From the IMG/VR virus record IMGVR_UViG_3300010352_001127: a stretch of DNA of 64,000 nucleotides; one strand, 5' to 3'. The position numbers and the translations under genes are program-made. Position 1 is the stretch's first letter, and every line of letters starts with the position of its first letter. The notes beneath the pieces are model-generated. The model was not told the DNA's origin. It was given only the letters and a program-made list of their open reading frames with translations, and did no database searches. Positions 10,301 through 18,106 of this stretch are shown in pieces. The DNA comes from a virus. Its lineage: Duplodnaviria; Heunggongvirae; Uroviricota; Caudoviricetes.

Positions 10301-13300
10301 CTGTACCAGATGTTCCTGATGTCCCGCCTGTTCCGCTTGTTCCACTACTTCCATCATGACCCGATGTTCCTGAAGTGCCACCCGTGCCTGAAGTACCACC
10401 TGTGCCACCAGTTCCACTAGTTCCACTACTTCCAGAAGTTCCACTAGTTCCACTACTTCCAGAAGTTCCGCTTGTTCCACTACTACCATCGTGGCCAGAA
10501 GTTCCACTAGTTCCGCTTGTTCCACTACTACCATCGTGGCCAGAAGTTCCACTAGTTCCAGCAGTTCCACTTGTGCCAGAAGTGCCACCTGTTCCGCTTG
10601 TACCACTACTTCCATCATGTCCAGATGTACCTGATGTTCCACTTGTTCCGGAAGTACCACCTGTTCCACTTGTACCACTACTTCCATCATGTCCAGATGT
10701 ACCTGATGTTCCACTTGTTCCTGCTGTACCTGATGTTCCACTTGTACCGCCTGTACCTGAAGTTCCACTACTACCTGATGTTCCACTCGTGCCACTAGTT
10801 CCCGAAGTACCACTACTACCTTGTTTTCCAGAAGTACCACTTGTACCACTAGTTCCACTACTTCCTGAAGTTCCACCAGTTCCAGAAGTACCACCTGTTC
10901 CATTTGTACCTGATGTACCACTTGTCCCGCTAGTTCCGCTAGTCCCACTACTACCATCATGTCCAGATGTTCCAGAAGTTCCAGAAGTACCACCTGTTCC
11001 GTTAGTTCCTGAAGTACCACCTGCTCCACTAGTTCCACTACTTCCATCATGACCTGAAGTTCCAGAAGTACCACTTGTCCCGCTAGTTCCGCTAGTCCCA
11101 CTACTACCATCATGTCCAGATGTTCCTGAAGTTCCAGAAGTACCACCTGTTCCACTAGTTCCACTACTTCCATCACGACCTGAAGTTCCTGAAGTGCCGC
11201 CTGTTCCGTTAGTTCCTGAAGTACCACCTGTTCCACTAGTTCCACTAGTTCCGCTTGTTCCACTACTACCACTAGTACCGCCAGTTCCGCCTGTACCAGA
11301 AGTACCACTTGTTCCCGATGTGCCACTGCTACCATCATGACCGGAAGTTCCACTAGTTCCACTTGTTCCACTAGTTCCACTACTACCATCATGTCCAGAA
11401 GTACCACTAGTTCCTGAAGTACCACCTGTTCCACTAGTTCCTGAAGTGCCGCCTGTTCCACTTGTACCACTGCTACCATCAACGCCCGAAGTTCCAGAAG
11501 TTCCTCCTGTACCTGATGTTCCATTTGTCCCACTTGTGCCTCCAGTGCCTGAAGTACCACTACTACCAGATGTGCCTGAAGTTCCTCCAGTACCACTAGT
11601 TCCACTACTACCTTGTTTTCCAGAAGTACCACTAGTTCCACTACTTCCAGAAGTTCCTGAAGTGCCAGAAGTTCCCCCAGTGCCACTTGTTCCTCCAATA
11701 CCACTAGTTCCACTACTTCCAGAAGTTCCTGAAGTGCCAGAAGTTCCCCCAGTGCCACTTGTTCCTCCAATACCACTAGTTCCACTACTTCCATCATAAC
11801 CACTTGTTCCCGAAGTTCCTCCCGTACCTGATGTTCCTGAAGTACCACCTGTACCACTAGTTCCACTACTTCCATCATGACCACTTGTTCCAGAAGTGCC
11901 ACTGCTACCACTTGTACCGCTTGTTCCGCCAGTACCAGAAGTGCCACCTGTTCCACTAGTTCCACTAGTACCGCTACTACCATCGTGTCCTGATGTACCA
12001 CTTGTTCCTGAAGTTCCTCCAGTACCACTAGTTCCGCTAGTTCCTGAAGTTCCACTACTTCCATCGTGACCAGAAGTACCACTAGTTCCACTAGTTCCGT
12101 TTGTTCCTGAAGTTCCACCAGTTCCACTACTTCCTGTCGCACCTGATGTTCCAGAGGTTCCGCCGGCACCGCTAGTTCCTGATGTACCGCCAGTTCCACT
12201 AGTTCCACTACTTCCTCCTGTACCTGATGTGCCACTAGTTCCAGAAGTTCCACTCGTACCACCAGTTCCACTAGTTCCACTACTACCTTGTTTACCGGAA
12301 GTACCACTTGTACCACTACTTCCAGAAGTTCCCGAAGTGCCTGAAGTTCCTCCAGTACCACTTGTTCCTCCAGTACCACTAGTTCCACTACTTCCTGTTG
12401 CGCCAGAAGTTCCAGATGTTCCGCCTGTTCCAGATGTACCACTAGTTCCACCTGTTCCAGATGTACCGCTACTCCCATCGTGACCTGAAGTACCTGATGT
12501 ACCTGAAGTACCACTTGTTCCTCCTGTTCCTGAAGTTCCTCCAGTTCCGCTAGTCCCACTACTTCCTGAAGTTCCGCTAGTCCCACTTGTTCCTGAAGTT
12601 CCACCTGTGCCATTTGTTCCACTAGTACCACTTGATCCTGATACTCCACTTGTTCCACTAGTTCCTCCAGTTCCACTAGTTCCACCTGTTCCACTAGTTC
12701 CAGAAGAACCAGACGTACCACTTGTTCCGCTAGTTCCCGAAGTACCACTACTACCTTTTGCGCCCGAAGTTCCACTAGTTCCAGATATACCACTAGTTCC
12801 ACCTGTACCTGATGTACCGCTCGTGCCGCCAGTTCCGCTAGTCCCGCTACTTCCACTTGTACCACTACTACCAGATGTTCCATTAGTTCCTGAAGTACCA
12901 CCAGTGCCATTCGTGCCACTCGTACCTCCAGTTCCTGAAGTACCACTACTACCTGATGTTCCACTAGTTCCACTACTTCCAGAAGTTCCACTAGTTCCAC
13001 TAGTTCCAGAAGTGCCACTGCTACCTGATGTACCGCTAGATCCAGAAGTACCACTAGTTCCTGATGTACCTGAAGTTCCACTTGTTCCTGAAGTACCGCC
13101 TGTTCCACTAGTACCGCTACTTCCTTGGGCTCCACTAGTTCCACTGGTTCCACTTGTACCCCCAGTACCGCTTGTTCCTGATGTCCCGCCTGTTCCACTA
13201 GTTCCACTACTACCTTGAGCCCCACTAGTTCCTGAAGTACCACTGCTACCTTGTGCTCCGCTGGTTCCACTTGTACCACCAGTTCCGCTAGTTCCACTAC

Positions 13301-16070
13301 TACCTTGAGCCCCGCTTGTTCCTGAAGTACCACCAGTACCACTCGTACCACTTGTACCACTTGTTCCCCCAGTACCACTAGTTCCACTACTACCTGATGT
13401 TCCACTAGTTCCACTACTTCCAGAAGTGCCTGAAGTTCCACCAGTTCCGCTTGTTCCAGATGAACCAGAAGTACCACTACTGCCCTGAGCTCCTGAAGTT
13501 CCAGATGTACCACCAGTCCCAGATGTTCCACTAGTTCCGCCAGTTCCGCTAGTTCCACTACTTCCTGAAGTACCTGATGTTCCACTACTACCAGATGTTC
13601 CCCCCGTACCTGAAGTTCCGCTAGATCCAGATGTTCCTCCTGACCCGCTTGTACCAGATGTTCCACTTGTACCGCCAGTTCCGCTAGTTCCACTACTACC
13701 TTGAGCTCCACTAGTTCCACTCGTGCCACTAGTTCCTGAAGTTCCACTACTACCTTGAGCTCCACTAGTTCCACTTGTTCCGCTAGATCCGCTAGTTCCA
13801 CTAGTACCGCTTGTGCCCGATGTACCTGAAGTTCCACTAGAACCACTTGTACCGCTGGTTCCACTGATACCAGTCAATCCACTAGTTCCACTTGTTCCTG
13901 AGGTGCCCCCAGTTCCGCTCGTACCGCTAGATCCAGAAGTACCACTACTACCAGAAGTACCTGAAGAACCTGATGTTCCGCTAGTTCCACTACTACCTGA
14001 TGTTCCACTTGTTCCAGACGTACCACTAGTCCCGCTAGTACCTGAAGTTCCACTAGTTCCACTGGATCCTGAAGTTCCCCCAGTGCCACTAGTTCCACTA
14101 CTACCTTGAGCTCCACTAGTTCCAGAAGTCCCACTACTACCTGATGTTCCACTTGTTCCAGAAGTACCACTACTACCCGATGTTCCAGATGTACCACCAG
14201 TCCCAGATGTTCCACTACTTCCACTAGTCCCTGAAGTTCCTGATGTTCCAGACGAACCACTCGTTCCTGATGTTCCTCCTGTACCTGATGTTCCTCCGGT
14301 TCCACTACTTCCTTGTGCTCCACTAGTTCCACTGGTTCCTGAAGTTCCGCTACTACCTGTTAAACCACTGGTTCCACTAGAACCACTAGTACCACTACTA
14401 CCACTAGTTCCTGATGTTCCGCTTGTACCACTGCTGCCAGATGTTCCACTAGTACCACTACTTCCTGAAGTTCCACTAGTACCACTAGTTCCTGATGTTC
14501 CGCTTGTACCACTGCTGCCAGATGTTCCACTAGTACCACTACTTCCTGAAGTTCCACTAGTTCCGCTACTACCACTAGTTCCAGATGTACCACTACTACC
14601 TTGTGCTCCACTAGTTCCACTACTACCAGTTTCTCCTGATGTTCCGCTGGTTCCGCTTGTACCTGAAGTTCCACTGGAACCAAAACCACTAGTACCAGAT
14701 GTTCCTAAACCAGCATCAGTATAAGTAAAAACAATAGGTTCGTCTAATATAAAATTGTTATTTGAATCTATCGGTGTAACATCTAATGTCCACCAAGATC
14801 CATTATCTGTTTTAGCATCTAAATAAAAAGTTGCAAATTTAGTAGAATCGTATTCATCGAATATTCTGATTCTAGACATTCCATTGGCATTAAGACTACT
14901 TAACCAAGAACTTATATCAACACCATCTTTACTTGTCTGACTTATGTATATTTGAGTTACTGAACCGTATACAGTATTATCAAATTTTAAATATCCAGAT
15001 AGAGGATTTGATGCTGTTGTTCCTGTTAAGAAATAATATGGTTGGCTATCACCTCCAAATATTCCAGATAAACCAGAAGATCCAGGAGAACCCATACCTG
15101 ATGTTCCACTAGTTCCACTTACACCACTACTTCCATAAAACCATCCATCAACACCAGATGATCCTGAAGTCCCACTACTTCCAGTTCCACCTTGAATATA
15201 AGATATTAAATACGATTTCCCGTTTGTAGCTGAACCTCCTCCTGATGCGTAAACTGAAAATCCAGTTATTTCATAAAAATTGCCACCTAATCCAAGATTA
15301 ACACTATTAATGGGAACATTATATATGCCTACAACTGAAAGATTTTCTCTCTCTTCTATTTTTAATACGCCTTGAATATTCCACGAACTTAACCAATTAT
15401 TTACAAGATCTCCATTCGCGTCCCATTTATTTATTCTTATATTTGTTACAGCCCCTAAATTTGAATTATTTATGTAGAATTTTCCATTCCCAGGAGTTGA
15501 TGTACTATTATCATAAACCCATTTACGCGTAGCTCCACCATAACCACCATCTATACCGCTACTTCCACTAGTTCCACTACTACCTCCGAGTCCTGATGTA
15601 CCACTTGATCCACTAGAGCCTGATGTACCTGAAGATCCTGCTTCGCCGCTACTTCCACTTGTTCCGGATGTACCACTTGTGCCACTTGTTCCTCTACCGC
15701 TTGTTCCGCTTGTGCCACCTGTTCCACTCGTACCTCCAGTTCCACTGGTTCCGCCAGTTCCGTCTCTGCCGCTGCTACCACTTGATCCATCTCTACCACT
15801 ACTACCACTTGTTCCATCAGCTCCGCTTGATCCAAAGAAAACACCATCAACACCCGATGTACCGTCTTTTCCAGATGTGCCACTAGTTCCACCTCCACCA
15901 CTTCCTGAAGATGTCGCACCAGTACATGGCAAATAATAAATATTTCCCCACTCGTCCTTTTGCCAAAGGCCGCAAAAACCATCTATAAAATCTTGACCTA
16001 AGTATATATGCCCCGGATCTGGATTACCAATTAGTTTCGGGTCTACTCTTTGGATTTTTTTGAAACTCAT
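7329..16070 (-). CDS. Giant collagen-like fibre protein (2913 aa): N-terminal ~470-aa duplicated beta-rich domain, ~2250 aa of (G-T/S-S/G)n collagen triplets, C-terminal ~190-aa globular domain
   Basis: Uninterrupted G-X-Y periodicity over about 6.7 kb with no Pro and with periodic charged triplets (GHD, GKQ, GND, GAQ, GRD). The conserved N-terminus is shared with the paralog at 1..1028. Codons GGN-ACT-AGT dominate. Confidence 0.8.
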   Translation of the reverse strand: MSFKKIQRVDPKLIGNPDPGHIYLGQDFIDGFCGLWQKDEWGNIYYLPCTGATSSGSGGGGTSGTSGKDGTSGVDGVFFGSSGADGTSGSSGRDGSSGSSGRDGTGGTSGTGGTSGTGGTSGTSGRGTSGTSGTSGTSGSSGEAGSSGTSGSSGSSGTSGLGGSSGTSGSSGIDGGYGGATRKWVYDNSTSTPGNGKFYINNSNLGAVTNIRINKWDANGDLVNNWLSSWNIQGVLKIEERENLSVVGIYNVPINSVNLGLGGNFYEITGFSVYASGGGSATNGKSYLISYIQGGTGSSGTSGSSGVDGWFYGSSGVSGTSGTSGMGSPGSSGLSGIFGGDSQPYYFLTGTTASNPLSGYLKFDNTVYGSVTQIYISQTSKDGVDISSWLSSLNANGMSRIRIFDEYDSTKFATFYLDAKTDNGSWWTLDVTPIDSNNNFILDEPIVFTYTDAGLGTSGTSGFGSSGTSGTSGTSGTSGETGSSGTSGAQGSSGTSGTSGSSGTSGTSGSSGTSGTSGSSGTSGTSGTSGTSGTSGSSGTSGTSGSSGTSGTSGTSGSSGTSGSSGTSGLTGSSGTSGTSGTSGAQGSSGTGGTSGTGGTSGTSGSSGTSGTSGTSGSSGTSGTGGTSGTSGSSGTSGTSGTSGSSGTSGTSGAQGSSGTSGTGGTSGSSGTSGTSGTSGTSGTSGTSGTSGSSGTSGTSGSSGTSGSSGTSGSSGTSGTGGTSGTSGTSGLTGISGTSGTSGSSGTSGTSGTSGTSGTSGSSGTSGTSGAQGSSGTSGTSGTSGTSGAQGSSGTSGTGGTSGTSGTSGSGGTSGSSGTSGTGGTSGSSGTSGTSGSSGTSGTGGTSGTSGTGGTSGTSGAQGSSGTSGSSGTSGTGGTSGTSGSSGTSGTSGSSGTSGTGGTSGTSGTSGTGGTSGTSGAQGSSGTSGTGGTSGTSGAQGSSGTSGTSGAQGSSGTSGTGGTSGTSGTGGTSGTSGTSGAQGSSGTSGTGGTSGTSGTSGTSGTSGTSGSSGTSGSSGTSGTSGTSGTSGSSGTSGTSGSSGTSGTGGTSGTNGTGGTSGTNGTSGSSGTSGSSGTSGTGGTSGTSGTGGTSGISGTSGTSGAKGSSGTSGTSGTSGTSGSSGTSGTGGTSGTGGTSGTSGVSGSSGTSGTNGTGGTSGTSGTSGTSGSSGTSGTGGTSGTGGTSGTSGTSGTSGHDGSSGTSGTGGTSGTSGTGGTSGTSGATGSSGTSGTGGTSGTGGTSGTSGTSGSSGTSGTSGKQGSSGTSGTGGTSGTSGTSGTSGTGGSSGTSGTGGTSGTSGAGGTSGTSGATGSSGTGGTSGTNGTSGTSGTSGHDGSSGTSGTSGTSGTGGTSGTSGTSGHDGSSGTSGTSGTGGTSGTGGTSGTSGSSGTSGTSGHDGSSGTSGTGGTSGTSGTGGTSGTSGYDGSSGTSGIGGTSGTGGTSGTSGTSGSSGTSGIGGTSGTGGTSGTSGTSGSSGTSGTSGKQGSSGTSGTGGTSGTSGSSGTSGTGGTSGTNGTSGTGGTSGTSGVDGSSGTSGTGGTSGTSGTGGTSGTSGTSGHDGSSGTSGTSGTSGTSGHDGSSGTSGTSGTSGTGGTGGTSGSSGTSGTSGTSGTGGTSGTNGTGGTSGTSGRDGSSGTSGTGGTSGTSGTSGHDGSSGTSGTSGTSGTSGTSGHDGSSGTSGAGGTSGTNGTGGTSGTSGTSGHDGSSGTSGTSGTSGTSGTNGTGGTSGTGGTSGSSGTSGTSGTSGKQGSSGTSGTSGTSGTSGSSGTSGTGGTSGTSGTAGTSGTSGTSGHDGSSGTSGTGGTSGTSGTSGTSGHDGSSGTSGTGGTSGTSGTAGTSGTSGHDGSSGTSGTSGTSGHDGSSGTSGTSGSSGTSGTSGSSGTSGTGGTGGTSGTGGTSGTSGHDGSSGTSGTGGTSGTSGTGGTSGTGGTSGTSGHDGSSGTSGTGGTSGTSGTGGTSGTSGHDGTSGTSGTSGTGGTSGTNGTGGTSGTGGTSGSSGTSGTNGTSGKQGSSGTSGTSGTSGTNGTSGTSGSSGTSGTSGHDGSSGTSGTGGTSGTSGHDGSSGTSGTGGTSGTSGTGGTSGTSGTSGTSGKQGSSGTSGTGGTSGTSGTSGTSGSSGTSGTGGTSGSSGTSGTSGTSGHDGSSGTSGTGGTSGTSGTGGTSGTSGTSGKQGSSGTSGTGGTSGTGGTSGLTGSSGTSGTGGTSGTNGTGGTSGTGGTSGTSGASGSSGTSGTSGKQGSSGTSGTGGTSGTSGTNGTSGSSGTSGTGGTSGTNGTGGTSGTSGNDGSSGTSGTGGTSGTNGTGGTSGTAGTSGHDGSSGTSGTGGTSGTSGHDGSSGTSGTSGTSGTSGHDGSSGTSGTSGTSGTSGTSGTSGTSGHDGSSGTSGTSGHDGTGGTSGTSGTGGTSGTSGHDGSSGTSGTGGTSGTSGHDGSSGTSGTGGTSGTNGTGGTSGTSGTSGKQGSSGTSGTGGTSGTNGTGGTSGTSGTSGHDGSSGTSGTSGNDGSSGTSGTSGNDGSSGTSGTSGTGGTSGTSGNDGSSGTSGTGGTSGTNGTGGTSGTSGTSGRQGSSGTSGTGGTSGTNGTGGTSGTSGNDGSSGTSGTSGHDGTGGTSGTGGTSGTSGTSGKQGSSGTSGTGGTSGTSGTAGITGSSGTSGTGGTSGTSGTGGTSGTSGTSGKQGSSGTSGTSGARGTSGTSGNDGTSGTSGVSGTSGTSGTSGITGSSGTSGIGVTYYYVNDIPPFSWATAWASQSKIDLSTTHGVTGGNGTSGFSVKVNCYYYMDHLMDTGTTSQMTAIDYSLAAMREYRFNVFVDQTGSYTNYVTDTKTVQHSGYWVKYNSETPSPGRHASIDTQGQIGPNDIDAEALIYSSKPYLLLKNNLRSATGWDPSPSYKLQLKYTVDVIEYSYVSANNTEI
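7900..14700. repeat. Collagen-triplet nonamer-based repeat region containing perfect in-frame tandem duplications (99 bp at 10171-10403, 72 bp at 11627-11793, 81 bp at 14401-14562)
   Basis: Direct comparison of the sequence lines shows exact 99-, 72- and 81-nt units repeated 2-2.3 times. All are multiples of 9 nt, so Gly phase is preserved. Confidence 0.7.
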
Positions 16071-16076
16071 TTAAAA

Positions 16077-16120
16077 AGAAAAACGGTTTTTTATACCTAT
16101 ATATAAAAAACCGTTTTTCT
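16077..16120 (-). terminator. Perfect 16-bp-arm hairpin (AGAAAAACGGTTTTTT / AAAAAACCGTTTTTCT) followed by a U-run on the minus-strand transcript. Likely a terminator of the pncA-nadR operon; its loop carries the TATATATA promoter-like box for the giant fibre gene
   Basis: Arms 16077-16092 and 16105-16120 are exact reverse complements. Loop ATACCTATATAT. On the minus strand the hairpin is followed by TTTTTAA then ATG. Confidence 0.55.
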
Positions 16121-16147
16121 TTTTGGTGTGGAGTTGTTATGAAGTTA

Positions 16148-16738
16148 TTATCTTTGCATATCAAAGAAAATTTTATATTTAAATATTTCATCGTCAGATA
16201 GAAAAATATCCAGATCCATTGAATTTATAATCATAACGCCGTCTTTAGCCATATCTTCGACGATGGGAGTCATTTGATCGAAAAAACGTGTTGCATCTAC
16301 AATCAAAAAAGTTTTGAAAAATACAGAGCAATCTTTGGCCGTTTCTTTTACATTGAAATCTCCTGGAAGTCCAACTACATAAACTTCTTTTACATCGTTT
16401 TTATCTAAAAAATCATAAAGATTTAAACCATCTTCATTAACTCCAACAAAACCGCTCAAATCTATGGTTTTCTCACCTTTTGTGAAAATAGTAGTTTCTT
16501 TTAAATCTAAATCTGGATGAAAATCTGCGCCTTCAGTATTTTGAATACAATGAGGAGGAATTTCATCAGTGAAAGATTTATGATTGACTGGATGCCAATC
16601 TCTTGATGCTACAGTTAAATCAAATTTATCTTTGATTTCGTTAATTATAGGAATAATTCTATCTCCGAAAGGAACAGGATATGTTCCACCGGGCATAAAA
16701 TCCTTTTGAACATCAACAATAAATAAAGCTCTTTTCAT
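16148..16738 (-). CDS. pncA: PncA-like isochorismatase-family protein (nicotinamidase/pyrazinamidase homolog); the expected nucleophile Cys appears to be replaced by Asn
   Basis: Motifs ALFIVDVQKDFMPGG, DWHPVNH, PPHC, GADFHPDLD, SGFVGVNEDG and VYVVGLPGDFNVKETAKD are co-linear with PncA (…VVGIATDHCVRQTAED…); D and K of the triad and the metal-binding His/Asp residues are conserved. Confidence 0.6.
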   Translation of the reverse strand: MKRALFIVDVQKDFMPGGTYPVPFGDRIIPIINEIKDKFDLTVASRDWHPVNHKSFTDEIPPHCIQNTEGADFHPDLDLKETTIFTKGEKTIDLSGFVGVNEDGLNLYDFLDKNDVKEVYVVGLPGDFNVKETAKDCSVFFKTFLIVDATRFFDQMTPIVEDMAKDGVMIINSMDLDIFLSDDEIFKYKIFFDMQR

Positions 16739-16739
16739 A

Positions 16740-17105
16740 TTATTCTAATCTAATAACACCACTATCAACTTCAAATGTTTTCTTTTCTACCAGAGTGTCT
16801 GGCAAAACAAAAGTTTTTCCATCCTGTAAAACCATAACAGTTCCTTTCTTTGGAAAATGAACAGGATTTTTGCATGTTTCGCTATGGAATAAAAAGGAAT
16901 TAAATGCTGGTTTTAATGAAAGACGTCCATTGGTTTTCAAATAACCCATGTATTCGTGCCCTTCAATTTCATAAACATATAAGGTGATCCCATTCACGAC
17001 AACATGTCTTTTAGCATTCATTTCTTTATCAATATCAACTTTCTGTTTACAACCAGTAAACAGAAAAAGACACATTATTACTAATAATCCTAAAAATTTT
17101 TTCAT
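16740..17105 (-). CDS. Lipoprotein (signal peptide + lipobox LFTGC)
   Basis: MKKFLGLLVIMCLFLFTGCKQK N-terminus. Confidence 0.5.
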   Translation of the reverse strand: MKKFLGLLVIMCLFLFTGCKQKVDIDKEMNAKRHVVVNGITLYVYEIEGHEYMGYLKTNGRLSLKPAFNSFLFHSETCKNPVHFPKKGTVMVLQDGKTFVLPDTLVEKKTFEVDSGVIRLE

Positions 17106-17125
17106 TTTACAAATATATTAATTTT

Positions 17126-18106
17126 TTAATAGTTAAAAAAATTCTTTTTAACTATATCTATAGCTTTTTGTGTTCTTTCTTCCCAATCAGTTCCACTCAC
17201 AACCTCCATTTTTAAATTTTTAGATTTAAAAAAGTTGTATTGGAAATCACCAAGATCATCTCTTTTTTCTTTTGAAAGGCGAGTTCCATCTTGTATATAA
17301 GGGGCATCTTTATCTAAGAAAATGTATAAATCGAATTTGTTTGCTTCTTCAATCCAATTATCGAATACGGGTTCAAGATCGAAGAAAAATTTAGAATAAG
17401 ATTTTGTTGTATTTAAATTTGTGTCGCTAAATAATATCCTATTAGCGTGTTTTATTTCTTCGATTATGCCACTAGCATGAGCTTTTCCAACATTCATGAT
17501 ATCTTTTATAGTTGTATTGTCTGAATGTTCGATTATATCTCTACCCCACTCTTTTACATAAGATGTTTGAAAAACTTTTGACAATTTTTCTGTAAGAACT
17601 GTTTTTCCAGTACTTTCTGTTCCACACAGACATATTTTCTTAACAAAATAAGGTCTTGCTACAAGTGATATATAATCCCAATACTTGAAAGGATTTTCTC
17701 TTATCTGAGTGCCACTTATTGGAACAGTTTCACGTTTTTCGTCAAATATTACATATCCACAATTCATATACTCAGCAACATACTCTGCGTAAGGTTCTGA
17801 AGCAAACACAACATCTACATTATCTAAAGTTTTACTTATGTGATCAGCCCATAGTTTAGATACTTCCCTATCAGAAACAGAAGTATATGGAAGTTTTACA
17901 TCGGTATATCTTATAATAACTTTATAATCATCCCTATATTTATCCGTAAGCCAGTGAAGTCTCACGTAACCTGGTATGGTTTCTTTTTCGTCATTCATAC
18001 ATAAAAGAACATATAAGAGATCACATTTCTCTTTAGCAAAATTTATAAGTGCTTCGTGACCTAAAGAAATTGGTTCTGCTTTTAAAATTATCAGTCCTCT
18101 TATCAT
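17126..18106 (-). CDS. nadR: NadR-type bifunctional NMN adenylyltransferase / ribosylnicotinamide kinase (no HTH domain)
   Basis: Nucleotidyltransferase (H/T)xGH-type motif (GLIILKAEPISLGHEALI) near the N-terminus. Later P-loop LCGTESTGKT (GxESxGKS/T of the NadR RNK domain). 326 aa. Confidence 0.7.
   Translation of the reverse strand: MIRGLIILKAEPISLGHEALINFAKEKCDLLYVLLCMNDEKETIPGYVRLHWLTDKYRDDYKVIIRYTDVKLPYTSVSDREVSKLWADHISKTLDNVDVVFASEPYAEYVAEYMNCGYVIFDEKRETVPISGTQIRENPFKYWDYISLVARPYFVKKICLCGTESTGKTVLTEKLSKVFQTSYVKEWGRDIIEHSDNTTIKDIMNVGKAHASGIIEEIKHANRILFSDTNLNTTKSYSKFFFDLEPVFDNWIEEANKFDLYIFLDKDAPYIQDGTRLSKEKRDDLGDFQYNFFKSKNLKMEVVSGTDWEERTQKAIDIVKKNFFNY

Noticed and set aside
7945-14109. 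Long plus-strand ORFs encoding PLVPEVP/PDVP proline-rich repeats (7945..8937, 9133..10179, 10375..11052, 11446..11799, 12229..12483, 12607..13218, 13813..14109, 15679..15936)
   Set aside because: They are the antisense reading of the (GGN-ACT-AGT)n collagen codons. The strongly biased repeat simply lacks stop codons on the opposite strand. They are tiled end to end exactly over the giant gene and have no start-site signals.
10171-14562. Possible CRISPR array suggested by regularly spaced direct repeats
   Set aside because: The repeats are coding, abut each other without unique spacers, are multiples of 9 nt, and lie inside one long ORF. There are no cas genes.
7916-15982. Minus-strand alternative-frame ORFs made of VELVEL/QEQ repeats (up to 1457 aa at 9491..13864), and H/Y/F-rich plus-strand ORFs (8978.., 10184.., 10571.., 15623..)
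   Set aside because: These are frame-shifted readings of the same triplet repeat. Only the frame giving MSFKK… plus G-X-Y has a conserved N-terminus, a promoter box and a paralog.
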